36,814 nucleotides of DNA from an uncultured bacterium (GTDB taxonomy: Bacteria > Chloroflexota > Limnocylindria > Limnocylindrales > Limnocylindraceae). The notes under the pieces were generated by a model. That model was not told where the DNA came from. It ran no database searches and was given only the letters and a program-made list of their open reading frames with translations. The stretch covers positions 1-36,814 of the forward strand of contig CAWULR010000002.1 of the NCBI GenBank assembly GCA_963923845.1, written 5' to 3'. The position numbers and the translations under genes are program-made. Below are positions 33,237 through 36,814 of the stretch, one piece after another. Position 1 is the stretch's first letter, and every line of letters begins with the position of its first letter.

Positions 33237-33929
33237 ATGGAACTCACCTACTACGGACGCAGCTGCGTTCGCATCCGCGGGCGCGAGGCGACCATCGCAT
33301 ACGACCCGTACACCTCGATCGTGGGCCCCACCGGACGCGGCATCACCGCAGACATCGTCACGCTCAGCCACCCCGACGATGCGCCGCTCTCGCGCGTCAA
33401 GGGTCGCCTTGCACCTCGCGATGGGCGCACCCCGATCGCCACCAGCCTGGACAACGCCGTGATCCTCGAGGGCCCGGGCGAGTACGAGGTGAAATCGGTG
33501 CTGATCACCGGCATCCGCAGCTACCGCGACAACCATCGTGGACCTGCGGCGCGACACAACACCGTCTTCTACGCGGAGATCGACGGCATCCACGTCGTCC
33601 ACCTCGGCGATCACGCCGAAGGGTTCTCCACCGATCAGATCAAGGAGCTCCCTGGAGCGGACATCGTCCTCGTGCCCGTGGGCGGCGCGCTGAGCGCCGA
33701 GGCGGCCTCGGCGCTGATCAGCGAGCTCGGACCGAAGATCGTGATCCCGATGCCGATGACCGATGACATCGGGAAGGCGAACGCCGCCGTCAAGGCCTTC
33801 TGCAACGAAGAGGGGCTCACCACGCCGCCGATTGCGCAACCGAAGCTCTCGATCACCATCTCCGGCCTCCCGGAGGAGACCACGACGATCGTCGTGGAAC
33901 CGCGCGGCGAGGCGTTCGGCGCCGACTAG
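33237..33929 (+). CDS. MBL-fold metallo-hydrolase (UPF0173/UlaG-like short form)
   Basis: MELTYYGRSCVRIRG...DIVTLSHPDDAP...VVHLGD. ATG 33237 chosen inside ORF 33114..33929. Confidence 0.7.
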   Translation: MELTYYGRSCVRIRGREATIAYDPYTSIVGPTGRGITADIVTLSHPDDAPLSRVKGRLAPRDGRTPIATSLDNAVILEGPGEYEVKSVLITGIRSYRDNHRGPAARHNTVFYAEIDGIHVVHLGDHAEGFSTDQIKELPGADIVLVPVGGALSAEAASALISELGPKIVIPMPMTDDIGKANAAVKAFCNEEGLTTPPIAQPKLSITISGLPEETTTIVVEPRGEAFGAD

Positions 33930-33973
33930 ATCCCGTAGGTACGCGCGGAACGCGACACACTGTTGGCACGCGC

Positions 33974-34207
33974 ATGTGGTCTGATCTCTCCATGGGAGAT
34001 CGACTGCGCTGCATGAGCTGTGGCACCGAGATTCGAGACGGTGAGCCGACGTGGGAGGTCAAGGCGTACTTCGACCCGAACCCTCCCCGCGGCGTCGCCT
34101 GTTCGTCACGTTGCGCAGACAAGAAGCGAAACGAGAGCAAGCTGCGCGCGATCCTCTGGTACAACTCCCTGGCGAATCCGTTCAACTCGAAGGAGAAGAA
34201 TGACTGA
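33974..34207 (+). CDS. small CxxC...C...C zinc-ribbon-like protein
   Basis: 77 aa (or 71 aa from ATG 33992): RCMSCGTEIRDGEPTWEV...VACSSRCADKK. GC3 is coding-like. Confidence 0.45.
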   Translation: MWSDLSMGDRLRCMSCGTEIRDGEPTWEVKAYFDPNPPRGVACSSRCADKKRNESKLRAILWYNSLANPFNSKEKND

Positions 34208-34427
34208 CGGAGATTTCGGCGGAGACGACGGCGGCCACGATGGCGGTGCCTTCGACCTGAACGACAACGGCACGAGCGTCGACGAGTTCCTCCTGTTCGC
34301 CGCAATCACAGATGATGGCGAACGGTCGAAGGGGCGAGGGGAGGCCAAGCGCGCCGCGTCCGGCTGCGGTTGCCTGCTTCCCGCGGTCGCTGTGCTGCTG
34401 TTAGCGTTCGCCGCCGCGCTTGCCTAG
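34200..34427 (+). CDS. small acidic protein with C-terminal hydrophobic anchor
   Basis: 75 aa from ATG 34200, preceded by AGGAG (34191..34195). It overlaps the upstream ORF by 8 nt. Has an Asp/Gly-rich N-terminus and ends SGCGCLLPAVAVLLLAFAAALA. Confidence 0.45.
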   Translation: MTDGDFGGDDGGHDGGAFDLNDNGTSVDEFLLFAAITDDGERSKGRGEAKRAASGCGCLLPAVAVLLLAFAAALA

Positions 34428-35402
34428 CGCCGACTCGAGCGTGACGCGCTCCCACCCACCGCGGATCTCGAGCTGACGCGGATCTCCGCCGGCGCGGAGC
34501 GACGACTCAGGGACGAGCCCGACGATCTCCGTCTCGCCGAGCCGAACGCCGAGCCGCTCTGCCGCGCGCTCTGCACGCTGTCGGATGGAGTGCAGCGTCA
34601 CGCCTCGCTCGGCCGCGCCGAGCACATCGTGGAGGTTCATCGAGAGCTGCGCGCCGTCGATGCTCGGCAGCGGAAACCCGAGCGCCTGCAGCCCGGGGAC
34701 TCCCCCGGCGCTCGCGCCGCGCAGTTCGTGTGCAAGCGCACGCGCCGCATCCAGCAACCGTGGCGCCGCAGCACCGAGCAGTCGGATGTTCCACGCCGCC
34801 ATGAGCGGGCGCACGCCGACCGCCACCGCGCCCGCCGTCGGATGGGGAAGCTGCGGCCCCTCATCCGGTGCGCCATCGGACGTCGCCTGACGCTCGCGCA
34901 GCGCCTCGAATCCTCCGCGCCGAATCTCGGGCAGCGACGCTCGCGCAGCTGAGCGCGCCGCAGCACCGTAGAGGTGCACGGGGAGAGCAAGGTCCGCGGC
35001 GAGGTCGCGGGCGAGCGAACGAGCGATCACGATCGCGCCGCGCTCGCTCCCTTCGGGCCCGAGCGGCACGACGGGAACCACGTCGATCGCCCCGATGCGC
35101 GGATGCACCCCTCGATCGGCGCCCGACTTGCGCGGCGAAGAGAGATCGATCGTTGCGACCGCGAGCCGTGCGAGCGCGCGCGTGGCGAGAGCGAGCGCAC
35201 CGCCGTCGCCGACATAGGTGTAGACGCTGCGATCGTGGTCGACATCGCGATGCAGGTCGAGGAGGCGCACGCCGGGAGCCCCGGCGACGACCGCCGTGAA
35301 TGCGGCGAGGATCGCCTGATCGCGCCCCTCGCTGACGTTCGCGACGATCTCGTACGGCGGGAGCTGGGCGCCTCCCGCGCCCGTGCTCGGCGCGCGGCTC
35401 AA
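34401..35402 (-). CDS. glutamate formimidoyltransferase-like protein (FT domain only)
   Basis: YEIVANVSEGRD matches the family N-terminal (E)CVPN(F/V)SEGR motif, then HPRIGAIDVVP. No ATG or GTG lies upstream of the motif. TTG 35402 overlaps the upstream TGA (TTGA). Confidence 0.7.
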   Translation of the reverse strand: MSRAPSTGAGGAQLPPYEIVANVSEGRDQAILAAFTAVVAGAPGVRLLDLHRDVDHDRSVYTYVGDGGALALATRALARLAVATIDLSSPRKSGADRGVHPRIGAIDVVPVVPLGPEGSERGAIVIARSLARDLAADLALPVHLYGAAARSAARASLPEIRRGGFEALRERQATSDGAPDEGPQLPHPTAGAVAVGVRPLMAAWNIRLLGAAAPRLLDAARALAHELRGASAGGVPGLQALGFPLPSIDGAQLSMNLHDVLGAAERGVTLHSIRQRAERAAERLGVRLGETEIVGLVPESSLRAGGDPRQLEIRGGWERVTLESALGKRGGER

Positions 35403-36163
35403 TCGAGCACCCGCCGCATCACCGGCCAACGCCCGTCCGGACCGGTGGCTGCCACGGTGAAGTTCAGCCGCTCCCAGAAGCGCGGCGTCGCGGCAGAGGT
35501 CGCGTCGGCGTCGACAGCGGCCGAGAGCGCGGGCTCTTCCGGGTACGCCTCGACGGCCGCGAATCCTGCACCGCTGAGTCGCGTCAGCACCCCTTCGACG
35601 AGAGCGCTGCCGAGGGCGCGCCCGCGCGCCGCCGGGATCACGGAGATGCAGGTGACCACGGCGGGCGGCGGGGTCGACGGCAGATCCGGGTACCGATCTC
35701 GGAGTCGCTGTGCTCTTGGAAACGCCGAGAGCGGACCAGCCTGGCAGTAGGCGACCGGGTCTCCGCCAGAGAGCAGGATCCACCCCATCGGCCCGCTGAT
35801 CGGCAGCTGTCGCGTGAGCAGGCGCAGCTTCGCCGGCTGCCCAGGTGCGGCCGCGGCATCGCGCAGCGCCTCTTCGCGCGTCGGCTCTCGCGGCGCGAAC
35901 GGGTTGAACATCGGCGCTTCGGCCACGTCGGCACCGAGGAAGGCGGCGAGCGCCGCCTTGCCGCCGGCCGGCGCACTCGCTCGCGCCGACGACGATGGGC
36001 TCTGCGCTTCGACGCGCGCCGCCTTGCTCCCGCGATCGGCGTCTTCCCACCAGGTGCATGTGGCGTGGTCCGCATCGTCGCGCGCGCACGGCGGAACCAG
36101 GATCAGCTCGTCGGCGCGCTCCACGCCGATGAGTTCAAACCCGTCGCCGATGTCGATTCGCAT
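35399..36163 (-). CDS. GNAT-family N-acetyltransferase with an unusual N-terminal extension
   Basis: The C-terminal half has the acetyl-CoA motif-A-like segment CISVIPAARGRALGSALVEGVL and ends FWERLNF. Confidence 0.6.
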   Translation of the reverse strand: MRIDIGDGFELIGVERADELILVPPCARDDADHATCTWWEDADRGSKAARVEAQSPSSSARASAPAGGKAALAAFLGADVAEAPMFNPFAPREPTREEALRDAAAAPGQPAKLRLLTRQLPISGPMGWILLSGGDPVAYCQAGPLSAFPRAQRLRDRYPDLPSTPPPAVVTCISVIPAARGRALGSALVEGVLTRLSGAGFAAVEAYPEEPALSAAVDADATSAATPRFWERLNFTVAATGPDGRWPVMRRVLD

Positions 36164-36183
36164 CGTCTGGGATACTAGACGGC

Positions 36184-36318
36184 ATGGGAAACCATGCGTC
36201 AGAGGAGCACGAAACGCTCGGTCCGCTCGACGTGCGCGCCTGGCTTGCCGGCGCGATCGGCGTCGCGATCGGACTTCTCACCGTCGCCGTGATCGCGATC
36301 GCCGCCGGAGCCGTCTAG
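36184..36318 (+). CDS. possible 44-aa single-TM micro-protein
   Basis: Below the ORF-track cutoff. Sequence MGNHASEEHETLGPLDVRAWLAGAIGVAIGLLTVAVIAIAAGAV. GATACT lies 7 nt upstream of the ATG. Confidence 0.25.
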   Translation: MGNHASEEHETLGPLDVRAWLAGAIGVAIGLLTVAVIAIAAGAV

Positions 36319-36350
36319 CCCCAGCGGCGCGTCGCGTCACGCGTCGATTG

Positions 36351-36814
36351 TCAGCGGCGCGCTGCTCGGCGCGATCCCTTTCGGGAACCGGCGAACGACG
36401 CCGTCACCCATGCGCTCACGGCGAGCAGCGCTCGACCGATGAGCGATCCGAAGAGTCCGCCGATCACGGCGATCGGGATTCCGATCACCACGATGTTGAT
36501 CGCTGCGGTCACCACCGCGCGACCGACGTTGATCAGGTTCGCGAGTGCGCTGCTGATCTCGTACCCGAGATCGAAGTCTCCCGACGCTTGGTCGACCGGA
36601 GAGACGGGCAGCTGCAACGAGACGTTGATGCTCGACATCTCGACCTGATCGGCCAGTGCCGCGCGCTGCGCCTCGAAGGATTCGATGTCGCCCTGGATCC
36701 GGCTCAGCTCGCCTTGGACCGCCACGATGTCGCTCACGCTTTCGGCGCGATCGAGCAGTGCAAGGAAGGCCGTCTCGCTGGCTCGGAGATTCTTGAGTCG
36801 TGCCTCGAGGTCGA
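36351..36814 (-). CDS. DUF4349-domain protein, 5' end outside the window
   Basis: The reading frame stays open upstream of the listed Met to the window edge (LEARLKNLRASETAFLALLDRAESVSDIVAVQGELSRIQGDIE...), followed by the C-terminal TM region typical of DUF4349. Confidence 0.7.
   Translation of the reverse strand, partial: DLEARLKNLRASETAFLALLDRAESVSDIVAVQGELSRIQGDIESFEAQRAALADQVEMSSINVSLQLPVSPVDQASGDFDLGYEISSALANLINVGRAVVTAAINIVVIGIPIAVIGGLFGSLIGRALLAVSAWVTASFAGSRKGSRRAARR

Noticed and set aside
1-36814. Scan for CRISPR arrays, transposases or IS ends, integrases, reverse transcriptases, toxin-antitoxin pairs or known defence genes
   Set aside because: I saw no regularly spaced repeats and no ORF with recombinase, RT or nuclease hallmark motifs. 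The only long repeat is the 60-bp tRNA-Thr duplication reported above.

Overview
High-GC (by eye about 68-72%), densely coding bacterial chromosome segment. Gene content and style look Actinobacteria-like: an F420-type LLM oxidoreductase, a PASTA Ser/Thr kinase, an MprA/MprB/PepD-like module, many NTGA start/stop overlaps, and -10 boxes sitting directly on start codons. That taxonomic call is inference only. I support about 40 CDS and 2 tRNAs, mostly housekeeping or envelope functions: hss, pntAA-pntAB-pntB, malic enzyme, folC, galU, argS, a response regulator-histidine kinase-HtrA module, and TerC/GDT1 metal exporters. I found no CRISPR array, transposase, integrase or recognisable defence genes. 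The clearest anomaly is a 60-bp perfect direct repeat made of the upstream flank plus the 5' half of tRNA-Thr(CGU). It brackets a 3.1-kb, visibly lower-GC3 copper cassette (unknown 4-TM protein, YcnI, CopC-CopD) that carries no recombinase. Other leads: a tightly coupled operon of Cys-protein, polytopic membrane protein, GalU and a PASTA kinase whose catalytic loop is HRDVSSRN (tyrosine-kinase-like); a histidine kinase with no canonical start codon; a VanY peptidase fused to a thrombospondin type-3 repeat; SdpI/YhfC-like membrane proteins appended to the pnt operon; a 318-bp structured, C-rich intergenic region; and two overlapping small ORFs. All family calls come from motif recognition by eye. 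No searches or computations were run.
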